From positions 1,390 to 65,389 of the forward strand of contig JBBQYI010000003.1 in assembly GCA_038208825.1 (NCBI GenBank): DNA of 64,000 nt, written 5' to 3'. Made by a program: the position numbers and the translations under genes. Below the pieces are notes generated by a model, which was not told the origin of the DNA, did not search any database, and saw nothing but the letters and a program-made list of their open reading frames with translations. Below are positions 28,724 to 38,252 of this stretch, in pieces; positions within the stretch are counted from its first letter, which is position 1; every line of letters starts with the position of its first letter. The DNA is from Sphingomonadales bacterium. Its GTDB lineage: Bacteria; Pseudomonadota; Alphaproteobacteria; Sphingomonadales; Sphingomonadaceae.

Positions 28724-30529
28724 ATGGAATTGCTGCGGTCTGGTTGTCGTCGGATGCTGGTTGCGGGTGGGTTTGCCGCGCTGTTGACCGGGTGCGCGAC
28801 GGTGCAGCCGGGGCTCGATCCGCCGCAGATCAACCGGTTGCTGGCGGCGCGCGGTGCGCCGGCGGTGGGTTGGGAGCAGCGGGCCGGAGCCGGTGCAGGG
28901 GATGCGGCGCTGATCGGCCAATGGCTGGCTGAACCGATGACCGGTGACCGCGCGGTGCGGGCGGCGATGCTGCGCAGCCCTCGGTTGCAGGCGGAATATG
29001 CCCGGCTGGGACTGGCGCGCGCCGATATCATGGAGGCGATCCAGATTGCCAACCCGCGGTTCGGCATTTCGCGGCTGGATGCGCTGGGCGGGCCAGGGAC
29101 GCAATTGGGTCTGGGCATTGTCCTGCCGCTGGTTGATCTGCTGGTGCTGCCGGTGCGGGCGCGGCTGGCGCGGTCCGAATTCGAACGGGCGAAGTTGGCG
29201 ATTGCGGCGTCGGTGCTGTCGGTCGGCTTTGATGTCGAGCAGGGCTGGTATGGCTATGTCGGGGCGCGGCAGGTGGCGGACATGCGCAAGGCGGTGGCGG
29301 GCGCCATGGCCACATCGGCCGAACTGGCGCGGCGTTATTATGCCGCCGGCAATATCAGCGAATTGCAGTTGAAGCGCGAGGAAGCGGCGGCGGCCGAGGC
29401 GCAGATTGCCGCGTCGCGGGCGCTGGTGGCGGCGCGGCTGGCGCGGTTGCAGTTGAACATCACCATCGGGTTGAGCGGTGCCGAGGCCGAATGGGAAACC
29501 AGCGACCGATTGCCCTTGCCGGTGGCGGCGGAGGATGACCCGGCTGTGCTCGACGGGTTGGCGCGGCAGGGCAATCTGACGCTGCTTTCACTGGGCCGCG
29601 AGGTGGATATCCTGCGCTCGGCGGCGGGGATTACCCGCAAGACGCGGTTGCTTGGCAATGCCGAAATCGGGTTTGAACGCGAGCGGGAAACCGATGGCGG
29701 AGTGATCCAGGGGCCGACCGCCAGCATCGAGATTCCGATTTTCAACCAGGGCGGCGCGCGGGTGACGCGGGCCGAGGCGCGGTTGCTGCAAGCGCAGGCG
29801 GCGTTGAAATTGCAGCAAGTGACCACCGACAATGCCGTGCGGCTGGGCGCGGAGCGGGTGCGCGTGCTGGCCGATGTCGTCAGGCTGCACCGCGAGGCCT
29901 TGATACCGGCGCGCGACACGGTGGTGGAGCGCAGCCAGCAGCAGCAGAATTTCATGCTGATCGGGGTGTTCGAGCTGATCCAGGCGAGGACCCAGGCCTA
30001 TGACGCCTATCAAAGCTATCTGGAGGCGATCCGTGATTACTGGCTGGCGCGGGTTGACCTGATGCGGGTCGTTGGGGCGCGGTTGCCGAGTGACAAAAGC
30101 ATCGCTGGCGAAGCGCCGGCGGCGGCTGATCTGCTGGTGCCGCTTGGTGGCGGGATGGACCATGGCGGGCATGGCGCGGCGGCCGGGGCAGATGCGGCAC
30201 CCGATGCGATGGCCGGGATGGACCATTCAGCGCATGACATGGCCGGGATGAAGCAAGCGTCGCCTGACATGGCGGGCATGGACCATAGCGGGCACGACAT
30301 GGCCGGGATGAAGGAATCGTCGCCCGACATGGCGGGGATGGACCATAGCGGGCACGACATGGCGGGTATGAAGCAAGGGTCGCCCGACATGGCGGGCATG
30401 GACCATAGCGCACACGACACGGCCGCGCCGCCACCCGCCGCCGGTGCGGCACCGGCGGCGGGTGCGGCCAAGCCGGCTGTGCCCGCGCCACCCGCGCCAC
30501 CCCATCATCATCCGGGACAACCGCAATGA
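28724..30529 (+). CDS. TolC-family outer-membrane lipoprotein of a copper-resistance operon with Met/His-rich tail
   Basis: Lipobox LLTGC, AGNISEL, IPIFNQG, NFMLIGVFELI and RDYWLARVDL motifs, followed by DMAGMDHS repeats. Confidence 0.88.
   Translation: MELLRSGCRRMLVAGGFAALLTGCATVQPGLDPPQINRLLAARGAPAVGWEQRAGAGAGDAALIGQWLAEPMTGDRAVRAAMLRSPRLQAEYARLGLARADIMEAIQIANPRFGISRLDALGGPGTQLGLGIVLPLVDLLVLPVRARLARSEFERAKLAIAASVLSVGFDVEQGWYGYVGARQVADMRKAVAGAMATSAELARRYYAAGNISELQLKREEAAAAEAQIAASRALVAARLARLQLNITIGLSGAEAEWETSDRLPLPVAAEDDPAVLDGLARQGNLTLLSLGREVDILRSAAGITRKTRLLGNAEIGFERERETDGGVIQGPTASIEIPIFNQGGARVTRAEARLLQAQAALKLQQVTTDNAVRLGAERVRVLADVVRLHREALIPARDTVVERSQQQQNFMLIGVFELIQARTQAYDAYQSYLEAIRDYWLARVDLMRVVGARLPSDKSIAGEAPAAADLLVPLGGGMDHGGHGAAAGADAAPDAMAGMDHSAHDMAGMKQASPDMAGMDHSGHDMAGMKESSPDMAGMDHSGHDMAGMKQGSPDMAGMDHSAHDTAAPPPAAGAAPAAGAAKPAVPAPPAPPHHHPGQPQ
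30209..30418 (+). repeat. 60-bp coding tandem repeat, 3.5 copies (MAGMDHSGHDMAGMKxxSPD)
   Basis: Units begin at 30209, 30269, 30329 and 30389. Confidence 0.92.
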
Positions 30530-31908
30530 TCGTCGATCGCCGCAACCTGCTCCTTTCGACCGGCCTTGCTGCGGCTGCCGGTGCCGTGGGCGCGTCCGCA
30601 CAGGCGGCGCCGGGCGACATGGCCGGGATGCCGGGGATGTCGCAGCATGACATGGCCCAACACGACATGAAGCCAAAAGCTGCCGCCGTCCCCGCGCCCA
30701 AGGTGCCGCGCGATCCGCGGTTCACCCCGGTGCGCACGCTGAACGGTTGGACCCTGCCGTGGCGGATGGTCGATGGCGCCAAGGAATTTCACCTGGTGGC
30801 GGAGGAGATCGTCCACGAATTCGGCCCCGGATCAAAGGCGACGTGCTGGGGCTATAATGGCTCCACGCCCGGCCCGACCATCGAAGCGGTGGAGGGCGAC
30901 CGGGTGCGCATCTATGTTACCAACCGCCTGCCGGAACATACCAGCGTGCATTGGCACGGCCTGATCCTGCCCGCAGGGATGGATGGCGTTGGCGGGTTGA
31001 ACCAGCCGCATATCAAACCCGGCGAGACATTCGTCTATGAATTCACGCTGCGCCAGCATGGCAGCCATATGTACCACCCGCACGCCGATGAAATGACCCA
31101 GATGGCGTTCGGCATGATGGGCCTGTTCATCATCCACCCGCGGGGTGGGGAGGCGGTGCCCGTCGATCGCGATTATGCCTTCATCCTGCACAATTGGGCG
31201 CTGCACCCCGGCACTTGGCGGCCGGACCCTTCGGTAATGGTCGATTTCGACCTTTGGACGTTCAATTCAAAGGTGTTTCCGGCCATCGACCCGATCGTGG
31301 CGCGCAGCGGGGAGCGGGTGCGCATCCGCATGGGCAATCTTTCGATGTGGAACCACCCCATCCATCTGCATGGCGTCGAATATGTCGTTACCGGGTCGGA
31401 CGGCGGGCGCTGGCCGCAATCGCAATGGCGGCGCGACGTGACGACGATTGTCGGTGTCGGCCAGATGCGCGATATCGAATTCACTGCGGTGCCCGGGGAT
31501 TGGGCGTTTCATTGCCACATGGCGCATCACACGATGAACGCCATGGGCCATGGCGTGCCGAACCCGACCGGTGTGGAGCAGGGCGATATCGAAGGACAGG
31601 TGAAAGCGATGCTGCCCGGATACATGAAGATGGGCCGCGATGGCATGGCAGAGCATCAGGAGCACACCGATGCCGGCCACCAGGGGCCGCCCAACACCAT
31701 GGCGATGATGGTTGGCAACGGGCAATTCGGCAATATCGAGATGGGCGGCATGTTCACGACCGTGAAGGTTCGCGACAATCTCGCTCGCGGGGATTTCAGC
31801 GATCCGGGCTTTTACGATTTTCCAAGGGGCACGGTGGCGCGGCGGGTGAGCACCGATCCCGGCTTTGGCGCGCCCATCCGGCGCGGTAATGGGCTGAAAG
31901 GGGCTTGA
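30526..31908 (+). CDS. Tat-exported multicopper oxidase
   Basis: DRRNLL Tat motif and copper ligand motifs HWHG, YHPH, HPIHLHG and HCHMAHHTMNAM. Confidence 0.93.
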   Translation: MIVDRRNLLLSTGLAAAAGAVGASAQAAPGDMAGMPGMSQHDMAQHDMKPKAAAVPAPKVPRDPRFTPVRTLNGWTLPWRMVDGAKEFHLVAEEIVHEFGPGSKATCWGYNGSTPGPTIEAVEGDRVRIYVTNRLPEHTSVHWHGLILPAGMDGVGGLNQPHIKPGETFVYEFTLRQHGSHMYHPHADEMTQMAFGMMGLFIIHPRGGEAVPVDRDYAFILHNWALHPGTWRPDPSVMVDFDLWTFNSKVFPAIDPIVARSGERVRIRMGNLSMWNHPIHLHGVEYVVTGSDGGRWPQSQWRRDVTTIVGVGQMRDIEFTAVPGDWAFHCHMAHHTMNAMGHGVPNPTGVEQGDIEGQVKAMLPGYMKMGRDGMAEHQEHTDAGHQGPPNTMAMMVGNGQFGNIEMGGMFTTVKVRDNLARGDFSDPGFYDFPRGTVARRVSTDPGFGAPIRRGNGLKGA

Positions 31909-32543
31909 TCATGCGGATTGCAACAATCTGCGCCATCACATTGTCAGCGGGTCTGGCGACGGTGGCCATTGCACAGGACGCCCACGCCGGACATGCCGGG
32001 CATGATGCCGCCGCGACCAAGGCACCCGAACCGATGGCCGGGATGGACCATGGCGCCGCCGGGATGGCGGATATGCCGGGCATGGACCATGGATCGGCCA
32101 GCATGCAGGGCATGGATCATGGGGCGATGATGCACATGGCTCCCGCACCAAAAGGCATAAATCGCCCGTCGCCCGGCCCGGCCGAAGCGGCACTGCAGGG
32201 CTTTGTGGATGCAATCGAGGTCGGCAATCGCACGCTGGCCATCGAGCAGTTGGCGGCCAATGCCTCCATCGTTGAAGATGGCGAGGAGGAGAGCCGGGCG
32301 GCCTATATCGGCCATCACCTTGGCGCCGACATGCTCTTTGCCAAGACGGTAAAGTCCGCGCTTCTGGAGCGCCGGGTCGAGCCGCTTGGCAAGGGCAGGG
32401 CGCGGATCCTCTCTCGCACGCGCATGGTCAGCAACCGCGCCGACAAGCCGCTGGACATGATTGTCAGCGAGACGGCGACAATGGTCAGGGTGGCCGGACA
32501 ATGGCGCATCGAACGGCTTGCGTGGGTAACGGAAAAACAATGA
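31905..32543 (+). CDS. Periplasmic Met/His-rich protein with NTF2/SnoaL-like C-terminal domain
   Basis: Signal peptide, GMDHG repeats, YIGHHLGAD, and ETATMVR..GQWRI typical of DUF4440-like folds. Confidence 0.7.
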   Translation: MIMRIATICAITLSAGLATVAIAQDAHAGHAGHDAAATKAPEPMAGMDHGAAGMADMPGMDHGSASMQGMDHGAMMHMAPAPKGINRPSPGPAEAALQGFVDAIEVGNRTLAIEQLAANASIVEDGEEESRAAYIGHHLGADMLFAKTVKSALLERRVEPLGKGRARILSRTRMVSNRADKPLDMIVSETATMVRVAGQWRIERLAWVTEKQ

Positions 32544-32647
32544 TGGCCGAATGGCCAATGCCGATCGGCATCCGTCCACGCGCGGCCAGAAGGGCGGCGC
32601 CCAACAACCTCGTCCCGACCCCGGCAGTTGCGGCCGGGCCGGGCGGG

Positions 32648-33114
32648 TGAGCAACGGCGACCGCGAGTTTCGCGCCCCGGGCGGGCTTGCCGACACCCCC
32701 GAATTTAATGTGCTGGTCTTCGGATTTCTGCTCAGCCTGCCCTGGGAGCTGCTCCAGGTGCCGTTCTACGCCGGCATGGTCACTGCGCCGCATTGGCAAT
32801 CGGTCAAATATTGCACCGACGCGGCGGCAGGTGATGCTGTGATTCTTTTGGCGGCCTATTGGATTGTCGCAAGCATTTCGCGTTCACGCCAATGGATACG
32901 GAATCCGAAGTGGCGGCAGGTATTCGGCTTTTTGGGCATCGGCATGACGGCGACCGTGACGATCGAATATTTCGCCACCCGCAGCGCCTGGGGTTGGCGC
33001 TATTCGCCGCTGATGCCTGTCGACCCGCTTTTGGGCACGGGGCTGGTAACAATCCTGATGTGGCTGATCGTGCCACTGCTTGTACTATGGTTCGGCCGCC
33101 GCCAACTGCGATAG
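32648..33114 (+). CDS. Hypothetical integral membrane protein (about 4 TM; start 32551 or GTG 32648)
   Basis: Hydrophobic segments with PWELLQVPFY, C..AA.GD and WRYSPLMP. Co-oriented with the copper operon. Confidence 0.7.
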
Positions 33115-33137
33115 CCAGCGCGAACTTCGCCTTGCGC

Positions 33138-33527
33138 CTATGGCAGCGCCAGCTCGTCAAGGATCGGGCAATCCGGCCGGTCATCGCCGTGGCAGTTGCC
33201 GGCCAGTTTTTCGAGGCTGCGCCGCATTGCATCCAGCGCGCGTGCCTTGACATCAAGTTCGGCGGCGCGGGCCAGTGCCAGCGCCCGCACATCGGCGGAG
33301 GACCGATCGCGATCATGCCAGAGCGACAGCAATTGCTCGATCTCGTTGATGGGAAAACCAAGGTCCCGTGCCCGGCGAATAAAGGTTAGGGTATGGACGT
33401 CGGCGGGCGCATAGTCGCGATAGCCCGATTGACGCCGCGCCACTGCCGGCATCAGGCCGATCTTTTCATAATGCCGGATCATCCGTTGCGAGACGCCCGA
33501 CGCCGCCGCTGCTTCACCGATATTCAT
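33138..33527 (-). CDS. cueR: Cu(I)-responsive MerR-family regulator
   Basis: MNIGEAAAASGVSQRMIRHYEKIGL HTH and metal-binding loop CHGDDRPDCPIL. Confidence 0.96.
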   Translation of the reverse strand: MNIGEAAAASGVSQRMIRHYEKIGLMPAVARRQSGYRDYAPADVHTLTFIRRARDLGFPINEIEQLLSLWHDRDRSSADVRALALARAAELDVKARALDAMRRSLEKLAGNCHGDDRPDCPILDELALP

Positions 33528-33543
33528 TGCCGCACTTTCCTGC

Positions 33544-33574
33544 TTGACCCTTACATCATGTCATAGTTCACATA
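33544..33574 (+). promoter_or_regulatory. Probable CueR-controlled copA promoter/operator
   Basis: TTGACC -35 element followed by an imperfect dyad (TTACAT-C-ATGTCA) in the spacer, the MerR-type layout, located between cueR and copA. Confidence 0.65.
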
Positions 33575-33607
33575 GGGGGCGCACTGGATCACAACAAGGA
33601 TCAACCC

Positions 33608-35950
33608 ATGGCGCATGTACATGACGCGACCGTCCCGGAAACCGACGAAGCCGACACTGGTGTCGCTCTCGAAAAAGACCCCGTTTGCGGCATGACGGTC
33701 GATCCGGCGACGGCGAAACACAGCGCCGAGCATGGCGGCATGACATATCATTTCTGCTCTGGCGGCTGCCGAACCAAGTTCGTGGCGGATCCACAGCGCT
33801 ATCTGACGCCAGGGCAATCCGCCGTCTCCGTTGATGCCGGCGCCATCTACACCTGCCCCATGCACCCTCAAATTCGCCAGATCGGGCCGGGGTCCTGCCC
33901 GATTTGCGGCATGGCGCTCGAGCCTGTGGAGATTACCGCCGAAGCACCGCCCAATGCGGAACTTATCGACATGACCCGGCGGTTCTGGATCGGGCTCGCC
34001 TTTGCGTTGCCGTTGTTCGTCATCGAAATGGGCGGCCATGTGCTGGGCCTGCGTCTGCCGGTCAGCAACACCGCCAATGCCTTGCTGCAACTTGGCCTTG
34101 CGACCCCGGTCGTGGTTTGGGCGGGAGCCCCTTTCTTTGTGCGTGGTTGGCGCTCGATCGTCACCCGGCAGCTCAACATGTTCACGCTGATCGCCATCGG
34201 GACGGGCGCCGCCTATCTCTACAGCCTCGTTGGGGTGCTGGCGCCGCAACTGTTCCCGCCGGCATTCCACGATTCGCACGGCATGATCGGCCTGTATTTT
34301 GAAGCGGCGGCCGTCATTACCGTGCTGGTGCTGCTTGGGCAGGTGCTGGAATTGCGCGCGCGCGATCGCACGGGTGGTGCCATCCGGGCGCTGCTCGACC
34401 TGGCGCCCAAGAGCGCGCTCCGAGTCAGCGAAGGGAGCCCGGACGCGGAAGTGCCGCTGGAGGCGGTGCTCGCGGGCGACAAGTTGCGGGTCCGCCCCGG
34501 CGACACGGTGCCGGTAGATGGCGAGATTCTGTCGGGCAGCAGCGCAATCGACGAAGCGATGGTTACTGGCGAATCGATCCCCGCAACAAAGGCGGTTGGC
34601 GACAAGGTCATCGGCGGGACGATCAACCAGACCGGCAGCTTCGTGATGCGCGCCGATGCGGTGGGGCGCGAAACCATGCTGGCGCGGATCGTTTCGCTGG
34701 TCGCTGATGCCCAGCGCAGTCGTGCGCCGATCCAGAACCTTGCCGATGCCGTGGCCGGCTGGTTCGTGCCGGCCGTGCTGGTTTCGTCGGCGCTGGCGTT
34801 TGTTGCCTGGTATGTGTTCGGGCCGGCGCCGGCGGTTGCCAATGGTTTTGTGGCGGCGGTGGCGGTGCTGATCATCGCCTGCCCCTGTGCCTTGGGGCTG
34901 GCGACGCCCATGTCGATCATGGTCGCTGTCGGGCGCGGCGCGGGCATGGGCGTGTTGTTGCGCAGTGCCGAGGCGTTGCAAAAGCTGGAAACCATCGACA
35001 CGCTGGTTGTCGACAAGACCGGCACGCTGACGGAAGGGCGGCCCCGGGTTGATGCAATCGTGACGTTTAACGGCATTGGCGAGAATGAAGCGTTGCGGCT
35101 TGAAGCGGCGCTTGAGCAGGGCAGCGCGCATCCGCTGGCGGCGGCGATTGTCAGGGCGGCGAGTGAACGCCGGCTGGTGTTGCCGGCGGCCGATGAATTT
35201 GCATCGACGATCGGCAAGGGTGTCAGCGGGCGTATCGAAGGCCATGCGCTGGTGGCCGGGACAGCGGCCTGGCTGGATGAAAACGGCATTGATACCGGCG
35301 CGGCGATGGCAACAGCGGACGCGTGGCGGGCGGAGGGGCGCACGGCGGTGTTCCTGGGCATCGATGGCAGGCTGGCAGCAGTGCTGGGCATTGCCGACCC
35401 GATCAAGCCGACGACGGCCGATGCGGTGGCGCAGTTGCGGGCGCTTGGGCTGCGCATTGTCATGCTGACCGGCGACAACCGGGCGACGGCATCGGCAATC
35501 GGGAAAGCAGTGGGCATTACCGAGATCGAGGCCGAGGTGTCGCCGGAAACCAAGATCGCCGTGGTGCAGCGGTTGCGTGCCGAGGGTCGCAAGGTCGCCA
35601 TGGCCGGTGACGGGGTGAACGATGCCCCGGCGCTGGCCGCCGCCGATGTTGGGATCGCGATGGGGGCGGGGGCGGACGTGGCGATCGAAGCGGCCGGGGT
35701 GACGCTGGTGAAGGGCGATCTGCTCGGCATCGTCAGGGCGCGCAAGCTTGGCCAGGCGGCGATGCGCAACATCCGGCAGAATCTGTGGTTGGCCTTTGTC
35801 TATAACGCCGCGGGCATCCCCATTGCGGCAGGGGTGCTGTACCCGGTGTTCGGGATCGTGTTGAGCCCGGTGATTGCCGCGGGCGCCATGGCGTTGTCGT
35901 CAGTATCGGTGATCACCAATGCGCTTCGATTGCGTACGGTGGCGCTGTGA
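33608..35950 (+). CDS. copA: Copper-translocating P1B-type ATPase with N-terminal YHS and heavy-metal-binding domains
   Basis: KDPVCGM...FCSGGC (YHS), YTCPMHP...CPICGMALEP, TGES, CPCALGLATP, DKTGTLT, GDGVNDAPAL, YN and MALSS. Confidence 0.95.
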   Translation: MAHVHDATVPETDEADTGVALEKDPVCGMTVDPATAKHSAEHGGMTYHFCSGGCRTKFVADPQRYLTPGQSAVSVDAGAIYTCPMHPQIRQIGPGSCPICGMALEPVEITAEAPPNAELIDMTRRFWIGLAFALPLFVIEMGGHVLGLRLPVSNTANALLQLGLATPVVVWAGAPFFVRGWRSIVTRQLNMFTLIAIGTGAAYLYSLVGVLAPQLFPPAFHDSHGMIGLYFEAAAVITVLVLLGQVLELRARDRTGGAIRALLDLAPKSALRVSEGSPDAEVPLEAVLAGDKLRVRPGDTVPVDGEILSGSSAIDEAMVTGESIPATKAVGDKVIGGTINQTGSFVMRADAVGRETMLARIVSLVADAQRSRAPIQNLADAVAGWFVPAVLVSSALAFVAWYVFGPAPAVANGFVAAVAVLIIACPCALGLATPMSIMVAVGRGAGMGVLLRSAEALQKLETIDTLVVDKTGTLTEGRPRVDAIVTFNGIGENEALRLEAALEQGSAHPLAAAIVRAASERRLVLPAADEFASTIGKGVSGRIEGHALVAGTAAWLDENGIDTGAAMATADAWRAEGRTAVFLGIDGRLAAVLGIADPIKPTTADAVAQLRALGLRIVMLTGDNRATASAIGKAVGITEIEAEVSPETKIAVVQRLRAEGRKVAMAGDGVNDAPALAAADVGIAMGAGADVAIEAAGVTLVKGDLLGIVRARKLGQAAMRNIRQNLWLAFVYNAAGIPIAAGVLYPVFGIVLSPVIAAGAMALSSVSVITNALRLRTVAL

Positions 35951-35964
35951 TGATGCCCGGTGCG

Positions 35965-36039
35965 TGGTGACCCCTACGGGAATCGAACCCGTGCTTCAGC
36001 CGTGAGAGGGCCGCGTCCTGACCGCTAGACGAAGGGGCC
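35965..36039 (-). tRNA. tRNA-Glu (CTC)
   Basis: Reverse complement is GGCCCCTTCGTCTAGCGGTCAGGACGCGGCCCTCTCACGGCTGAAGCACGGGTTCGATTCCCGTAGGGGTCACCA, with anticodon loop CTCTCAC and encoded CCA. Confidence 0.96.
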
Positions 36040-36139
36040 GTCGGGAAGGGTTCAGATGCGAGGCGGGGCAGGATAAGTCAAGCCCGGTGCGGCGGCGCCC
36101 CCGGCGGCGCTCCCGGGTCAGGCGGGTCGCAAGCCGATG

Positions 36140-38077
36140 TTAGTGCAGCGTCTTGGCAGTCTCTGCTGCGCTACCAGCCCGTTTCAGGGTGAAGTGGAAT
36201 TGGGCGCCGCCGCCGTCGCGGGGTTCATACCAGATGCGGCCGCCATTGGCTTCGACGATGGTGCGGCAGATCGACAGGCCGACGCCCATGCCGTCAGTCT
36301 TTGTAGTGGCAAAGGCGCCGAACAGGTCGCCGGCGATGGTGCTGGCGACGCCTTGGCCGGAATCGCCGACGGTGACGCGGACGGTCTTGTCGGCATCCGG
36401 TCGGCAGGTGATATAGAGGTTGCGATTGTGGCAGGATTCCAGCGCTTCAAAGGCGTTTCGGATCAAATTGACCAACACCTGCTGCACCTGGATCTTGTCG
36501 ACGTTAACCTGATAGTCGCGCCCGCTGGTGCATGGGTGGACCGTGATGCTGCGAAAGTGGGCGTCCATTGTCGCAAGGCCAAGGGCGGCGTTGATGATCT
36601 CTTTCAGACTGGCCGGCGCCTGTTCGACATGGCCGCGCGCGACGAAGCGGCGCAGCCGGCGGATGATTTCCCCGGCGCGCATCGTATCGGCTTCAGCATA
36701 TTCAAGGGCTTCCCGGACAGTTTCGATCTTGCCGGGTTCAGGGGATTTCAAAAGGTCATTGGCTGCGCCGATATAGTTGGCGATGGCCGTGATCGGCTGG
36801 TTGAGTTCGTGCGCCAGCGTTGATGCCATGGTGCCCATCGCGCTGAGCCGGGAAACATGGATCAGCCCGGCCTGCATTTCCGCCAGCCGTGATGCCGTAT
36901 CCTGGGATTCCGTCATGTCGCGGATGAAGGCCATGAACAGCCGCTCATCACCGCTGCCGACTTCTTCCACCACAATCTTGTGGGGAAAGGTCGTGCCGTC
37001 GCTGCGCATGGCGGTAAGGATGCGTTCCATGCCGTTGATGTGCGAATCGCCCCTGGCGACATAATCGGCCATGGCAGCCGGATGGCGGCCGGCGTCGATC
37101 GGCTGCATCAGGGCGGTGATGCGCTTTCCCAAAATGTCGGCCCGCTGGTAACCGAACATGCGTTCCGCCGAATCGTTGAACGTCAGGATGATGCCGGTGG
37201 CATCGGCCACGACGAGCGCATCGGGAACCGCGGCGACCAGGCGATCGAGATAGGCCTCGCTCAGTTCGATGCGGCGGGATGCGGTGCGCTCGCGGGTGAT
37301 GTCATGGACAACCTTGCCAAAACCACGCAGCCGACCCTTTTCATCGCGCAGCGCGGTCAGTTCGATATAGGCTTGGAATTCTGACCCATCGCGGCGTTGC
37401 AACCGGCCTTCATAGGTTACGCGGCCATGCTCTTCTGCTTGCTTCAGGGATTCGAAGGTTTTGCCTGCGGTAGCGTCGGTGACGGCCCAGATAAACTGGA
37501 CATGCCGGCCGACGGCTTCATTCTCGGTCCAGCCGAACAGCCGCTGGCCGCCCTTGTTCCAGATCAACACCCGGCCCTGGGTATCGAGCATGCAGATCGC
37601 ATGTTCGTGCGCGCCTTCGACCAGCAGGTTGAGTTCGTCGGCAAATTCGAGCGCGTCACGGGCGCGGGCGTTCGCCCGTTCGACTTTGGCGAGCGTTCTT
37701 TGCCGGAATTGCAACAGGATCGCGGCAGCCGCCAAGGCCAGCAGCAGGCCGGCGAGTTGCCCGTCCGGGTTGGATTCCTTGCCCATGAGTTCCGAAAGGC
37801 CCGCGACCGCCGCAACCACCGCCGTCGCCATCGCAGCCTTGCCGCCCCCGATCAGTGCGATGAGAGCGATGACAACCACGAATGTTGCGAATTCGAACTC
37901 CAGATTGAAGATGCGGCCCAGATAATAATGGCCCAGCACGACAAGGGCGATCGCAACAACGCCATAGGCGGTCATGCCTTCGCGGCGCGCCACGCGGGCG
38001 AACAACGACGAACCGGGAAAACCGGGGGGTGTGCCCGTAGTCTTTGCCAACGGACCAGACGTGCCCGGCAACCACAT
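36140..38077 (-). CDS. Membrane-bound PAS-PAS sensor histidine kinase, FixL-like (start could be 37975)
   Basis: N-terminal TM segments and two PAS domains, the second resembling the FixL heme-PAS (RH...HING..R...DGTTFP). H-box MASTLAHELNQP, QQVLVNLIRNA and GMGVGLSICRTIVEA. Confidence 0.88.
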   Translation of the reverse strand: MWLPGTSGPLAKTTGTPPGFPGSSLFARVARREGMTAYGVVAIALVVLGHYYLGRIFNLEFEFATFVVVIALIALIGGGKAAMATAVVAAVAGLSELMGKESNPDGQLAGLLLALAAAAILLQFRQRTLAKVERANARARDALEFADELNLLVEGAHEHAICMLDTQGRVLIWNKGGQRLFGWTENEAVGRHVQFIWAVTDATAGKTFESLKQAEEHGRVTYEGRLQRRDGSEFQAYIELTALRDEKGRLRGFGKVVHDITRERTASRRIELSEAYLDRLVAAVPDALVVADATGIILTFNDSAERMFGYQRADILGKRITALMQPIDAGRHPAAMADYVARGDSHINGMERILTAMRSDGTTFPHKIVVEEVGSGDERLFMAFIRDMTESQDTASRLAEMQAGLIHVSRLSAMGTMASTLAHELNQPITAIANYIGAANDLLKSPEPGKIETVREALEYAEADTMRAGEIIRRLRRFVARGHVEQAPASLKEIINAALGLATMDAHFRSITVHPCTSGRDYQVNVDKIQVQQVLVNLIRNAFEALESCHNRNLYITCRPDADKTVRVTVGDSGQGVASTIAGDLFGAFATTKTDGMGVGLSICRTIVEANGGRIWYEPRDGGGAQFHFTLKRAGSAAETAKTLH

Positions 38078-38252
38078 CGACTTTCTGACCCTGTTTCCTG
38101 CCCCAACATCGCTTCTACACCCGGTCGGGTGCCAACCGCATACGTATTGTTACCGAAACGCGACCATCAGGCAAATGATGATGTCCCCATCGCGACTGAC
38201 AGGTTGCGCCCCGGCGCCCGGGCTGGCCAAAGGGCGTGGAGCCAAGGGGGAT

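Noticed and set aside
30209-30418. Regularly spaced repeats resembling a CRISPR array
   Set aside because: They are in-frame coding repeats with no unique spacers, and there are no cas genes.
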